DNA from: an uncultured Spirochaetota bacterium
Lineage (GTDB): Bacteria > Spirochaetota > Spirochaetia > SZUA-6 > Fen-1364
Assembly (NCBI GenBank): GCA_963781885.1
Contig: CAWAHW010000007.1
Location: 416,001 to 480,000 of the forward strand
DNA: 64,000 nt
Direction: 5' to 3'
Part shown: one piece after another, positions 31,115 to 41,079 of the stretch
Layout: the number at the start of each line of letters is the position of its first letter
Position numbering within the stretch: the stretch's first letter is position 1
The notes under the pieces: model-generated
What the model saw: the letters and a program-made list of their open reading frames with translations, nothing else
What the model was told of the DNA's origin: nothing
The model's database searches: none
Position numbers and translations under genes: made by a program

Positions 31115-32986
31115 TCATGTCGAGAGCCAGACCCGCATCGGCCCCGGGCCGCGATTGGCCCAGGCGTAGTAGGGGATGGCGCTGAAGCCGGGACCCTTGA
31201 TGACCGTGAGCCCGCCGAGCAGCCTTTGCGCGGGCTCGGCTGACAAGCTCGATTTATCCCCGAGCCGGATCGATTCGAGCGGTCGATCCGCGTCACGGCC
31301 TTCGACACAATACACCAGGGGTCCCCGCTGGAGCGCCCCGCGGCCCTGATTTTCCTCCACGCGGGGATCGCATCGCACGATCCGCACGGGCATCGGGAGG
31401 GTGAGCTCAACCGCGTCGCCGTCGCGCCATACGCGGTCGATGACCGCGTATCCATTTTCAAGCTCGACGGGAAGCGGCCTGCCGTTCAAGGCCAGCACCG
31501 GCGCCTGCGCGCACGGTTCCTGGAAACAGTACAGGTTGGCGCCCAGTATCCTTTCCTGCGCCCATCCGGGAACGCGCACCATGAGCCGCGCGCGCGTCGC
31601 CGTCTCGGGGGAGAGGGTGATGCGGATCCTTCCGTCCCAGGGGTAGGCGGTATCCTGGCTCACGTGGAAACGCGCGCCTCCTGCGTTCACCACGGCGTTT
31701 CCCTTGACGAACAGGTTCACGTAGATCGTGTTGCCGCACGAAGCGTAGAGGTAGCCCGGGAGCGACGGGAAGAAGCGGCAGAGGCTGGTGGGACAGCAGG
31801 AGACCTCGAACCAGGGCTGACGGCCCGCGCTTCCGTGATTGAAGCGGAACACGCCGTCTGACTCCAGGGGATTGGTATAGAAGAACTCGTCCCCGTCGAG
31901 TGAGACCCCCGACAGGATCCTGTTGTAGAGCGTCTGCTCCAGCACGTCGATGTACTTGGACTCGCCCGTGAGGAGGAACAGGCGATGATTCCACATCACC
32001 GACCCGATGGCGGCGCAGCTCTCCGCGTAGGCGGTGCGATTGGGAAGCTCGAAGGCTTCCCCGAAAGCCTCCCCGGTGTGACGGGCGCCGATGCCGCCCG
32101 TGAGGTAGATCTTGGCGCTCACCATGTCGTTCCAGATCGCCTTGATGGCCGCGGCGTAGGCTTCATCCGGCCACAGGGCGGCGATGTCCGCCATGCCGCA
32201 GTACATGTAGACGGCGCGCACGGCGTGGCCGACCGCCTCCCGCTGTTCGAGCACCGGCAGGTGATCCTGGGCATAGGCCGCGTTGCCGTCCCAGGCGTAG
32301 AGGGTCCGGCCCTCGTGCCGTCCCCGCTGTTCGAGGAAGAAGCGCGCCTGCTGGAGGAAGCCGCGGTCCCGCGTGATCCTGTACAGCCGCGCAAGCCCCA
32401 TCTCCACGATCTGGTGTCCGCACATGTCATGACGGCCCTCGGGGCCGAAGACCGAGCGGATGAGGGCAGCGCTCTTCAGCGCGATGTCGAGCAGGCTCTT
32501 CTTCCCGGTGGCCGTGGCGTGGGCGCAGGCGGCCTCGTAGAGGTGCCCGCAGTTGTACAGCTCGTGGCTCATGAGGAGATTCGACCAGCGCGCGCTGCCG
32601 GCAAAAGAAAGCACATGGGCGGGATCGATCGTTCGATTCGTGTAGAGGTACCCGTCCGGCTCCTGCGCCCGCGCGATCAGGGAGATCAGCCCGTCGAGAT
32701 AGCTCTCCATCGCCGGGTCCGGGTGCTGCGCGAGCGAATAGGAGGCGCCCTCGATGCCCTTGTACACGTCGGTATCCTCGAAGGGCATCTTCCCCACGTA
32801 TGGCCCGTCCAGCAGACCGGCGGCGCGGCGGAAGTTGTCGATCCTGCCGAACTGCTCGCACTTGCGGAAGACCGACGGGATGGTGACCGCGCGATTGGTT
32901 TCAAGGCGCGGTTTCCAAAAGGCGTCCTCCAGGCTCACGGCGCGGAAGTCCACCGGGGCGATCGGGTAGTCGATCATTTGCTCCAT
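31115..32986 (-). CDS. Glycoside hydrolase family 127 (beta-L-arabinofuranosidase-like)
   Basis: HELYNCGH, GHAVRA.Y, GEAFG, YAESCA, SCCP, PYYAWANRG. Confidence 0.93.
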   Translation of the reverse strand: MEQMIDYPIAPVDFRAVSLEDAFWKPRLETNRAVTIPSVFRKCEQFGRIDNFRRAAGLLDGPYVGKMPFEDTDVYKGIEGASYSLAQHPDPAMESYLDGLISLIARAQEPDGYLYTNRTIDPAHVLSFAGSARWSNLLMSHELYNCGHLYEAACAHATATGKKSLLDIALKSAALIRSVFGPEGRHDMCGHQIVEMGLARLYRITRDRGFLQQARFFLEQRGRHEGRTLYAWDGNAAYAQDHLPVLEQREAVGHAVRAVYMYCGMADIAALWPDEAYAAAIKAIWNDMVSAKIYLTGGIGARHTGEAFGEAFELPNRTAYAESCAAIGSVMWNHRLFLLTGESKYIDVLEQTLYNRILSGVSLDGDEFFYTNPLESDGVFRFNHGSAGRQPWFEVSCCPTSLCRFFPSLPGYLYASCGNTIYVNLFVKGNAVVNAGGARFHVSQDTAYPWDGRIRITLSPETATRARLMVRVPGWAQERILGANLYCFQEPCAQAPVLALNGRPLPVELENGYAVIDRVWRDGDAVELTLPMPVRIVRCDPRVEENQGRGALQRGPLVYCVEGRDADRPLESIRLGDKSSLSAEPAQRLLGGLTVIKGPGFSAIPYYAWANRGPGPMRVWLST

Positions 32987-32987
32987 G

Positions 32988-33830
32988 CTATGCCTTCAGC
33001 CCCGAGAGCACGATGCCCTCGATGAAGTATCTCTGTCCGACGAAATAGAGGGCGACCGCTGGTGCGATCGACATTGTGCAGGCGGCCATGATGGCCCGGT
33101 AGTCCGTGCCGAAGCCCGCCCGGAAGTTCGCCAGGCCCTGGGAGATCGTATTCTGCTGGTTGCGCGAGATGTAGATGAGCGGCCCCAGCAGGTCGTTCCA
33201 GTAGAGGATGAACGTGAAGAGGAAGATCGAGATGAGGACCGGCTTGACGAGGGGCAGGAGGATCTGGAAAAGGGTCCGCAGGTGCCCTGCCCCGTCGATG
33301 TACGCCGCCTCGTCGAGGTCGCGGGGGATGGTCATGAGGAACTGCCGTCCGAGGAAGATGTTGAACCCGCCGCCGCCGAGGAAGGCCGGCACGATCAGGG
33401 GTATGTACCCGTTGGAGAGCCCGAGTGCGGTCCAGCCGAGGAAAATCGGGATGATCGTCACGGAGCCCGGCATGAGCATGGAGGCGATCACCATCGTGAA
33501 CCAGAACTTCTTGCCGCTGAATTCGAGGCGGGCGAAGGCATAGGCGGCGAGCGTGGACGTGAGGAGCACGCCGAAGAGGGACGGCACGGTGATGGTGAGC
33601 GTGTTGAGGAGGTACCTCCCGAACGGGAATGTCCGCAGCGTCTGGGGGTAGTTTTCCCAATGCCAGACGCTGGGCAGGAGCTCGGGCGGGTAGCGGTTGA
33701 TCGCGATATTCGACATGAAGGACGAGCGCACCATCCAGAAGAACGGGAAGATGCACGCGATGGCGAGCAGGGAGATGATGAGCGTGACGGGGATATTCGG
33801 CCTCTTGTGCGTCCGCATGGGATTCCTCAC
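32988..33830 (-). CDS. Carbohydrate ABC transporter permease (MalG-like)
   Basis: EAA loop DLDEAAYIDGAG, WND, six TM helices. Confidence 0.93.
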   Translation of the reverse strand: MRNPMRTHKRPNIPVTLIISLLAIACIFPFFWMVRSSFMSNIAINRYPPELLPSVWHWENYPQTLRTFPFGRYLLNTLTITVPSLFGVLLTSTLAAYAFARLEFSGKKFWFTMVIASMLMPGSVTIIPIFLGWTALGLSNGYIPLIVPAFLGGGGFNIFLGRQFLMTIPRDLDEAAYIDGAGHLRTLFQILLPLVKPVLISIFLFTFILYWNDLLGPLIYISRNQQNTISQGLANFRAGFGTDYRAIMAACTMSIAPAVALYFVGQRYFIEGIVLSGLKA

Positions 33831-34714
33831 TTGCCCTCGAAGAACATCCAGCGCCGCGAGGTGGCGAAGATCAGCCCCGTGAGCGCGCCGATGAAAAGGA
33901 AGAAGATGAGGGACACGGCGGCGGCGTGGCCGAAATTGTTCCGTTCGAATCCCTCCCGGAAGATGAGGAGCACCATGTAGAGCGTCGAATTGTTCGGCCC
34001 CCCGCGCGTGAGCGCCCGGGCGGGAACGAAGATCTGCAGATTCGTCACCATGCTCATGAGCACATTGAAAAGGATGATGGGCGACATCAGGGGGAGGGTG
34101 ATGTGGCGGAAGCGATGCCAGGCTTTGCCGCCGTCGATTTCCACCGCCTCCAGGTAGGACCGCGGGATGCCCTGCAGACCCGCCAGGAAGATGACGATGA
34201 AATTGCCCAGCCCCCAGACCGTCAGAACAATGATCGACGGGGTGGCGGTGAGGTTATTGCCCAGCCACTGCACCTTGTCGATGCCCAGGAGACTCAGGGC
34301 GTAGTTGAACACGCCGAAATTCGCCTCGTACATCCAGCCCCAGACGACGCTCGCCCCGATGATGGGAACGACGTAGGGAAGGAAGAAGACGGAGCGGAAG
34401 AAGCCCCGCGCGGGGATCCTCTGGTTGAGAATCATCGCGATGACGAACGCATAGAGCGTTCCCGTGATCACCGCGCCGACGGCGAAGTACAGCGTCGCCA
34501 CGACGGACGGCAGGAAGAACGGGTCGACGGTGAAGATCTCGCGGAAATTGCCCAGTCCCACGAAGGTCGGCGCCACGAGCCCCGTCCAATGCGTGAGGCT
34601 GATGCCCACGACGCCAAGGATCGGGAGGGTGGTCATGAAGACCAGGCCCAGGATCGCGGGCGTGAGGAACACGTAGGCCACCAGGTTCGCCCTGGACCGC
34701 CGTTTGCCTGCCAT
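33827..34714 (-). CDS. Carbohydrate ABC transporter permease (MalF-like)
   Basis: FVGLGNF, LAGLQGIP..YLEAVEIDG, FRHITLP. Confidence 0.93.
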   Translation of the reverse strand: MAGKRRSRANLVAYVFLTPAILGLVFMTTLPILGVVGISLTHWTGLVAPTFVGLGNFREIFTVDPFFLPSVVATLYFAVGAVITGTLYAFVIAMILNQRIPARGFFRSVFFLPYVVPIIGASVVWGWMYEANFGVFNYALSLLGIDKVQWLGNNLTATPSIIVLTVWGLGNFIVIFLAGLQGIPRSYLEAVEIDGGKAWHRFRHITLPLMSPIILFNVLMSMVTNLQIFVPARALTRGGPNNSTLYMVLLIFREGFERNNFGHAAAVSLIFFLFIGALTGLIFATSRRWMFFEGK

Positions 34715-34751
34715 TTCGAAGCCTCCTCGTGCGTCAAGTCCCGTGCCGTGG

Positions 34752-34793
34752 AGGGCGACCCCCGTGCGCGCCTCTCGCGCGCCGGGGGGCCCT
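34752..34793 (-). other. Intergenic stem-loop after the binding-protein gene (mRNA stabiliser or attenuator candidate)
   Basis: Imperfect GC hairpin AGGG..CCCC.GCGCG / CGCGC..GGGG.CCCT. Confidence 0.4.
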
Positions 34794-34810
34794 TGCAGGG
34801 ATGGTGAGCC

Positions 34811-36169
34811 TTATTTCGCCTTGTGATCGTCGAAGAATTGCTGCAGCTGGGGCATGATCTTCGTGATGTAGTCCTTTGCCGTCTGGTTGCCGTTCCACAC
34901 GTTGTCGATGCCGCTTTCCAGGATGTCGTTGAGGCCGGTGTAGCCGTTGAAGTAGTACCAGGGAACCTGCACCGCGTTGTGCATCGCGTAGTCGATGACC
35001 GCGGTCTTGTACATGGCGAAGGGCGGCCGGGCGGTCTTCGTGATCGCGGGGTCGGCCCACTGCCGCATGTTCGCTTCGCTGGAATACCACTTTGCCATGA
35101 CGGGCATGAGGGTGCCGTTCAGGATCACCGGCCACTGGTTCTGCTCGTCGGCCCACCAGCGGATGAATGTCATCGCGGCGGCGAGATTCTTCGTGCTGCT
35201 GAAGATGCCGTACGGAGCCCCGGTATTGTAGGTGACCGCCTTCTTGAACTTCGGCAGGACGCCCACGCCGTAATCCAGGCCGTCCTTCACGGAGTTCACC
35301 AGGGTGATGCCGATGTTCCACTGCCCGCCGGTGGCCATGGCGACCTTCCCCGTGAGCAGGTTGACGTCGAGCGTCGACATCGCCGCAAGATCCGAGCGCG
35401 AGGGGGCGACGTGATCTTTCGCATACAGGTCGGCGACGGCCTGCATGGCGTCAATGGACTCTTGCTTTCCGATGAGGAGCTGCTGGCCGTCGGGGCTCAT
35501 GAGCCCGCCGCCATTGGAGACCGCGGCGATGGGCCACATCCACCACGTCCGGTCGAAATCGGTCCCGTACTGGACGATGTTCTTCGGATCGAAGCCCGCC
35601 TGGTCGGCGGTCTTTCCGTTCTTGTCTTTCGTGAGCTTCTTCGCGACGTCCACGTACTGCTGCCAGGTCCACGCCTTGTCCGCGCTCGCGGGCGGGTAGG
35701 GGAGCTTTGCCGCGTCGAAGAGCTTTTTGTTGTAGTACATCAGGAGCACTTCGTTGCCCGAGCTGTAGCCGACCGGCTTGCCCTTGTACGTGAATGCAAG
35801 CGATTTCAGGGGCGCGTTGTCCGCCGGATACATGCTGCTCACGTCCGCCAGGAGCCCGGCGGAGGCGAACTCGAGCGCCATCGCCTCGGAGAGCTCGGTG
35901 CAGTCAGGGAGCTGCTTTCCCGCCGCCATGGTGTTGACCTTCGTCTCGTAGCCGTCGCGCGGGATGATGATGAGTGTCGCGTGCACCTTGTCCTGCGACG
36001 CGTTGAAGCGGTCCATGGTCGCCTGGACCTGGTCGGCCTCCGACTGCGTCGTGTTGTACCAGGCCATGTAGGTGATCTCGACCTTGTCTGCCGCCGCGAC
36101 CTGGCCGGCCGCGAAGACCGCGAAGGTCGCGACGAGCGCGATGGCGAGCATCTTTCTGGAAAGTGTCAT
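34811..36169 (-). CDS. Carbohydrate ABC transporter substrate-binding protein
   Basis: Signal peptide, YYNKKLFDAAKLPYP, WTW, GKVAM. Confidence 0.92.
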   Translation of the reverse strand: MTLSRKMLAIALVATFAVFAAGQVAAADKVEITYMAWYNTTQSEADQVQATMDRFNASQDKVHATLIIIPRDGYETKVNTMAAGKQLPDCTELSEAMALEFASAGLLADVSSMYPADNAPLKSLAFTYKGKPVGYSSGNEVLLMYYNKKLFDAAKLPYPPASADKAWTWQQYVDVAKKLTKDKNGKTADQAGFDPKNIVQYGTDFDRTWWMWPIAAVSNGGGLMSPDGQQLLIGKQESIDAMQAVADLYAKDHVAPSRSDLAAMSTLDVNLLTGKVAMATGGQWNIGITLVNSVKDGLDYGVGVLPKFKKAVTYNTGAPYGIFSSTKNLAAAMTFIRWWADEQNQWPVILNGTLMPVMAKWYSSEANMRQWADPAITKTARPPFAMYKTAVIDYAMHNAVQVPWYYFNGYTGLNDILESGIDNVWNGNQTAKDYITKIMPQLQQFFDDHKAK

Positions 36170-36331
36170 TCGTATTCTCCTTCTGCCCGGCATTCCGTGC
36201 CCGTGCCGGCCGCTCTGACCCTGTACGCTCGCTCACCGAATGGTTATGATCGGGCGTACCCAACGGCTTGCGGCGTCGGGTGTGTGCTCTTGCAGGCTCG
36301 CCCCGGCGCCGCGGCTGTTCTCTCACTTGCC

Positions 36332-37477
36332 TCAATCGCCTCCCTTCTTCACCTCCTGACAGGATCTTCTGATCACCAGATCGATCGGAAACTCCATTCT
36401 CACCGGCGGAAGGCCGGCATTTTCCACCCGTTCGAGCAGCCTCCGTGCCGCGGACCGCGCCATGTCTCGCGAATGGATCTTCATCGTCGTGAGGGGGGGC
36501 GAGGAATGCCGCGCAAGCTCGGTGTCGTCGAAACCGATGACACTCACGTCCTCGGGCACGCGCCTGCCGTTTTCCGAGAGTGAAGAAAGCGCACCGATGG
36601 CGAGCAGGTCGTTGGCGCAGAACACCGCCGTGAGGTCCGTGTTCCGCTTCAGGAGCCGGCTCATTGCCGCGTAGCCCGCCTCAGCCGACCATCCTTCATC
36701 CCCGTCGCTGAAACGCTCTTCCACGGCAGCGCCCGTCTCGGCCATGGTCTCTTTCCACGCAAGGAATCTGATGCGCGCGGAGTCAAGGGCCAGCGGGCCG
36801 TTGACAATGGCGATGCGCTCGTGCCCCAGCCCCTGCAGGTAGCGGACCGCGGCGCGCGCGCCCGCCGCGAGGTCCATCGTGACCAGGTCGATGCCGTCGG
36901 CGGTCGCCGTGGGCGCCAGGAGCACCGCCGGGATGCCTGCCGTCTTCATCTGGGCAAGCAGCGCCGGATTGCGCGCTTCCTCGACGATCACGCCGTCGAC
37001 CTTTTCGAGAAAGCTGCGGAATCCGTCGATCTCCTGCGGATCGTAGTCGTCGAGATAGGTGAAAAGCGTGTGGCGGCCCGAGCGGGCCGTTTCCTCCTCG
37101 ATACCGAGGAAGATGTCGAAATAGAAGGCCTCCGAGGCGATCGGCCTGCGGGCGGACTTTTCCTTGCAGACGACGTACCCGAGTGTCCCCGTCGTGACGC
37201 GCGGCTCCGCTTTTGGCCCGGGTCTGCGGCGCACGAACGTCCCTTGCCCCACCGACCGTTCGAAGAGCCCCCGGGAGGTGAGGGAGAGCACGGCGTTGCG
37301 TACCGTTGTGCGGCTCACCTTGAGCTCTTCCGCCAGATCGCGTTCCGACGGGATCTTGGACCCGACGGCCCAGGCTGAGGATTCTATCTGCGCCGTGAGG
37401 AACGATTCGACCTGCGCCTGGAAGGAATCGTGCGTGTTTCTGTGTATTTGGATATTGGCATTTTGCGCTCTTGTCAT
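36332..37477 (-). CDS. GntR-HTH/LacI-sensor hybrid transcription factor (AraR-like)
   Basis: IPSERDLAEELKVSRTTVR...GQGTFV, then GHERIA, FCANDLLAIG, VPEDVSVIGFDD, PPLTT. Confidence 0.92.
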   Translation of the reverse strand: MTRAQNANIQIHRNTHDSFQAQVESFLTAQIESSAWAVGSKIPSERDLAEELKVSRTTVRNAVLSLTSRGLFERSVGQGTFVRRRPGPKAEPRVTTGTLGYVVCKEKSARRPIASEAFYFDIFLGIEEETARSGRHTLFTYLDDYDPQEIDGFRSFLEKVDGVIVEEARNPALLAQMKTAGIPAVLLAPTATADGIDLVTMDLAAGARAAVRYLQGLGHERIAIVNGPLALDSARIRFLAWKETMAETGAAVEERFSDGDEGWSAEAGYAAMSRLLKRNTDLTAVFCANDLLAIGALSSLSENGRRVPEDVSVIGFDDTELARHSSPPLTTMKIHSRDMARSAARRLLERVENAGLPPVRMEFPIDLVIRRSCQEVKKGGD

Positions 37478-37528
37478 AATGGTTATAACCAATTGCAACC
37501 ATTATCATCCGCGACGGAAAAGTGTCAA
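37476..37528 (-). promoter_or_regulatory. Promoter with overlapping palindromic operator
   Basis: Minus strand TTGACA-N16-GATAAT. Palindrome TGGTTATAACCA (37480-37491) lies inside ATAATGGTT...AACCATTAT (37476-37505). Confidence 0.75.
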
Positions 37529-37629
37529 GTATTATTTTTGGCGATTTTTCCGCCATTGAAGGGGTCCGCCGACGCGGCTTTTGCCGCCGGATAGGCGCCG
37601 GGAGGACGCACCGCTATACTCTTACAGTC

Positions 37630-39285
37630 ATGCGAAGATCGCGATTCCGCCGGGTGATGCGCTTTTTTACCGGCGTCATGCTGCAGGAGCTGTTCTGGGA
37701 CCTGCTGCTCCCGAAGATCGGCCTGGGGGGCATCTCGCGGCGCACGCGATCGCGGCGTTTCATGAAGACCGCGACGCGCTTCCGCGCCTTGGCCGTCCGC
37801 TTGGGCGGGGTCCTCATCAAGGTCGGGCAGTTCCTTTCCTCGCGGCTGGACGTGCTGCCGCGCGAGATCACCTCCGAGCTTTCGGGTCTCCAGGACGAGG
37901 TGGGAGCGGAGAGCTTCGCGGCGATCCGTGCCGTCATCGAAGCCGAGTTCGGCATTCCGCTCGCGAGGAAGTTCCTCGACTTCGACCCCGTGCCGCTCGC
38001 TTCTGCCTCCATTGGCCAGGTCCATCGGGCGCGCCTGTGCGATGCCGACGACGGCGGCGCGCCCTGCCCGCCGGTTGTCGTGAAGGTGCAGCGCCCCCGG
38101 ATCCAGGAAATCGTGGAAGCGGACCTTGCGGCGATCCGGGTCGCCGGCGGGTGGCTCCAGCGGATTGCCTCCGTGCGGCGCCATGTGAATGTGCCGGCTC
38201 TGATCGAGGAGTTCAGCCGCACCCTCTACGAGGAGATCGATTACATCCACGAGGGAAAGAACGCGGAGCGTTTTGCGCACAACTTCGCCGGGCGCGCGGA
38301 GGTGGTCGTGCCGAGCGTGATCTGGAGCCACACGACCCGGCGCGTCCTCACGCTCCAGGACGTCGGGGCAGTGAAGATCACCGACTATGCCGCCATCGAG
38401 GCCGCGGGGGTCTCCCGCGCGGAAGTGGCGGACAAGCTGCTCGACGTTTATCTCAAGCAGGTCTTCGAGGACGGTTTCTTCCATGCCGATCCGCACCCCG
38501 GTAATCTCTTCATCCTGCCCACGCCGACCCGGACGAAGCCCGGGGCATGGAAGCTCGTCTTCGTGGACTTCGGCATGGCAGGGCTCCTCGAGCCGGGCTC
38601 ATTTTCCGGACTGCGCGAGACCCTCCTTGCCATCGGCACGCGCGATGCGCCTCGTCTCGTGCATGCGTTCGAGACCCTCCACGTGCTGCTGCCGGGGGCC
38701 GACCGCGATCTGATCGAGCGCGCCTGCCGCAGGATATTCGACACGGTATGGGGAAAATCGACGCGTGAGATGATGCGGATGACCAACGCCGAGGCGGGCG
38801 CTTTTGCCGCCGAGTTCGGCGATCTCCTCTATGAGATGCCCTTCCAGGTGCCCGAGAACCTGATCCTCCTCGGCAGGTGCGTGAGCATCCTCTCCGGCAT
38901 CGCCACGGGTCTAAATCCCGAGTTCGCCGTATGGAACGGTCTTGCCCCGTACGTGCAGAAGCTCATCGAGCGGGAGGGGGGAAGCGGCGTCCGCGCGGTG
39001 CTGAAGGAGATCGGCAACCTGGCGCGGACCCTCTTTGCCCTGCCGAAGCGCGCCGACGAGCTTGCCACCCGCATGGAGCAGGGCCGGATGGAAGTCCGCA
39101 TGCCGGACATGAAACAATATGTCACGCGCCTGGAGCACAGCGCGCGCAAGCTCGGCGGCTCTATCGTCTTTGCAGCGGGGCTTGTCGCGGGAACGGATCT
39201 CTACCTGGGCGGGCACCTGGAGCTGGCACTCGGCGTCGGGGCGGCGGAGCTGATCCTCCTGGTCTGGATCCTTTTCAGTCGCTAG
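37630..39285 (+). CDS. ABC1/AarF/UbiB family atypical kinase
   Basis: IKVGQFLSSR, LQD, ASASIGQVH, VVKVQRP, FFHADPHPGN, DFGM, C-terminal TM helices. Confidence 0.93.
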   Translation: MRRSRFRRVMRFFTGVMLQELFWDLLLPKIGLGGISRRTRSRRFMKTATRFRALAVRLGGVLIKVGQFLSSRLDVLPREITSELSGLQDEVGAESFAAIRAVIEAEFGIPLARKFLDFDPVPLASASIGQVHRARLCDADDGGAPCPPVVVKVQRPRIQEIVEADLAAIRVAGGWLQRIASVRRHVNVPALIEEFSRTLYEEIDYIHEGKNAERFAHNFAGRAEVVVPSVIWSHTTRRVLTLQDVGAVKITDYAAIEAAGVSRAEVADKLLDVYLKQVFEDGFFHADPHPGNLFILPTPTRTKPGAWKLVFVDFGMAGLLEPGSFSGLRETLLAIGTRDAPRLVHAFETLHVLLPGADRDLIERACRRIFDTVWGKSTREMMRMTNAEAGAFAAEFGDLLYEMPFQVPENLILLGRCVSILSGIATGLNPEFAVWNGLAPYVQKLIEREGGSGVRAVLKEIGNLARTLFALPKRADELATRMEQGRMEVRMPDMKQYVTRLEHSARKLGGSIVFAAGLVAGTDLYLGGHLELALGVGAAELILLVWILFSR

Positions 39286-39293
39286 GGGCGGGG

Positions 39294-39515
39294 CTATTCC
39301 GCCGGCTTCCTGTCGACGCGCTCGATGGCGGCGTCCAGGAGGCTGCGCATCGCCAGGAGCATCTCCTTGCGCGCGGACCGGCGGTGTTCCAGGAAGCCGT
39401 GCGGGATGAGCTCTTCGAAGCTTTGCAGCATCGAGGAGTGCGCGGCCTTTGCATGCGCGCGGGCTTCGCCGAGCTTCGAGGTGGATTCCTCAGCACTGTG
39501 GGTCTTTTCCGGCAT
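39294..39515 (-). CDS. Small helical hypothetical protein (73 aa)
   Basis: AGGAGGAG RBS before ATG 39515. Amphipathic helices EHRRSARKEMLLAMRSLLDAAIER. Confidence 0.65.
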   Translation of the reverse strand: MPEKTHSAEESTSKLGEARAHAKAAHSSMLQSFEELIPHGFLEHRRSARKEMLLAMRSLLDAAIERVDRKPAE

Positions 39516-39679
39516 GGGGCTCCTCCTGCAATGAAAGTAGGACCAAACCCGGGGTGAGTCAAGGCGTATGATGTTCGAATGGGCGTCGGGGGCGACAGAC
39601 ACGCCCCTAACAAAGTATTATATAACATTAACAACTTCTCTATTCTGACTCAGGCGATCGGACGGGTACTATTGTGTCA

Positions 39680-41075
39680 ATGAAAAGGCTATTGATATTG
39701 CTGCTTGCGGGTCTTCTCCCGCTGCTGCCGCTCGCGGCGCAGGGCGCGCCTCCTGTCATCACGCTCCAGCAGAGCATCGACGCGACCCTTGCCAACGGCG
39801 ATGACAACAAGGTGCTTCAAAGCAGCCTCGATGCAGCGCGGGCACAGCATGCTCTGAACGTGTCGAAAAACTCATTTGCCCTCAACGGATCCGCAGGATA
39901 CACGGTGACAGAGCCATATGGCACCTACAATTCGAGCCTGCCAATCGCATCCGCGGGAGGTGCGTCTCCACAGGGTGGCGTGGCAGGGGTCAGCCTTTCC
40001 GGCCCTCTCACGTCGGTGAGCCTGAGCGCCTATCCCTGGATCCCACCGGCGGGGACATTCACCGACAACACGAGCTCCCTGGGCGTGACGGTGAGCCAGA
40101 CCCTCTGGAACGGATACCCGGGCGGTCCGAGCCAGGCGACCGTGGACAAGAGCCTGCTGACTCTCAAGGGCAAGGAGCTTTCGACTGATTCCAGCCGACT
40201 GGGCATTATCTACAATGTGAAAGAGGCCTACTACACGATGCTTGCCGCCCAGACGAATCTGGCCACGAAATTGCAGATCCTCGACAAGCAGAACCAGCTC
40301 CTCAAGCAGATACAAGCCGTGTATGACCTGAAGCTCGCCGCGCTCGTCGATCTCAGGACCGCCCAGCTCAACGCGCGTAGCGCCCAGGTCGACGTGGACA
40401 GCGCGAACCACGACCTGAGATTTGCCCGCATCGGTCTTGCCACGTTCATGGGCATCCCGCCGGACTCCAATTTCACCGTGGCGGACTCCACGGACCCGGT
40501 CTTGCCGGCCGCCACCGTGGAGGATGCAGTCACGCAGGGCCTCGCGCGCCGGGTGGAGATCAAGCAGGTGGAGCTGTCGCTGCAGTCGTCGAACGTCGAC
40601 CTTGCCGTGGCGCGTGGACAAGGCACGCCGACCGTCAGCGTAAACGGCGGGGCCAACGTCCTGCTGGACTGGAACAATGCCGCCACCAACGGCGGCACGG
40701 TGAACGCCGGCGTGAAAGTGGCGCTTCCGATCCTGGACGCCGGGGGTGAAAAACCAGGTGGATTCGATCCTGCGGCAGAATGACGTCTACGTCCTGCAGG
40801 AGACGCAGCTTCGCAAGAGCATCACCACCGCGATACAGAACGCATGGGACAGCCTTGCGCTGGCACGCGAGAAGCTCGACCTCGCGAAGCTATCCGCGGA
40901 CACCTTTGACCTTCAATTTCAGATCACGAAAGCCGCGCACGACGCCGGTACGGCTTCCACCCAGGACCTCCTCACCGCATCGGTGAATGAAGCCACCGCC
41001 CAGACGGCCCTTTCCGTGGCCAAAAGCGCCGTCCAGCTCGCCGCTCTGACGCTCCTCAACGCAATGGGATATTAG
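39680..41075 (+). CDS. TolC family outer membrane efflux protein; frameshift in a G-run near 40745
   Basis: Signal peptide, ITLQQSI..L.N, SQTLWNG, VKEAYY, LPILDAG. The second frame ends with GTASTQDLLTA. Confidence 0.85.
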
Positions 41076-41079
41076 GAGA

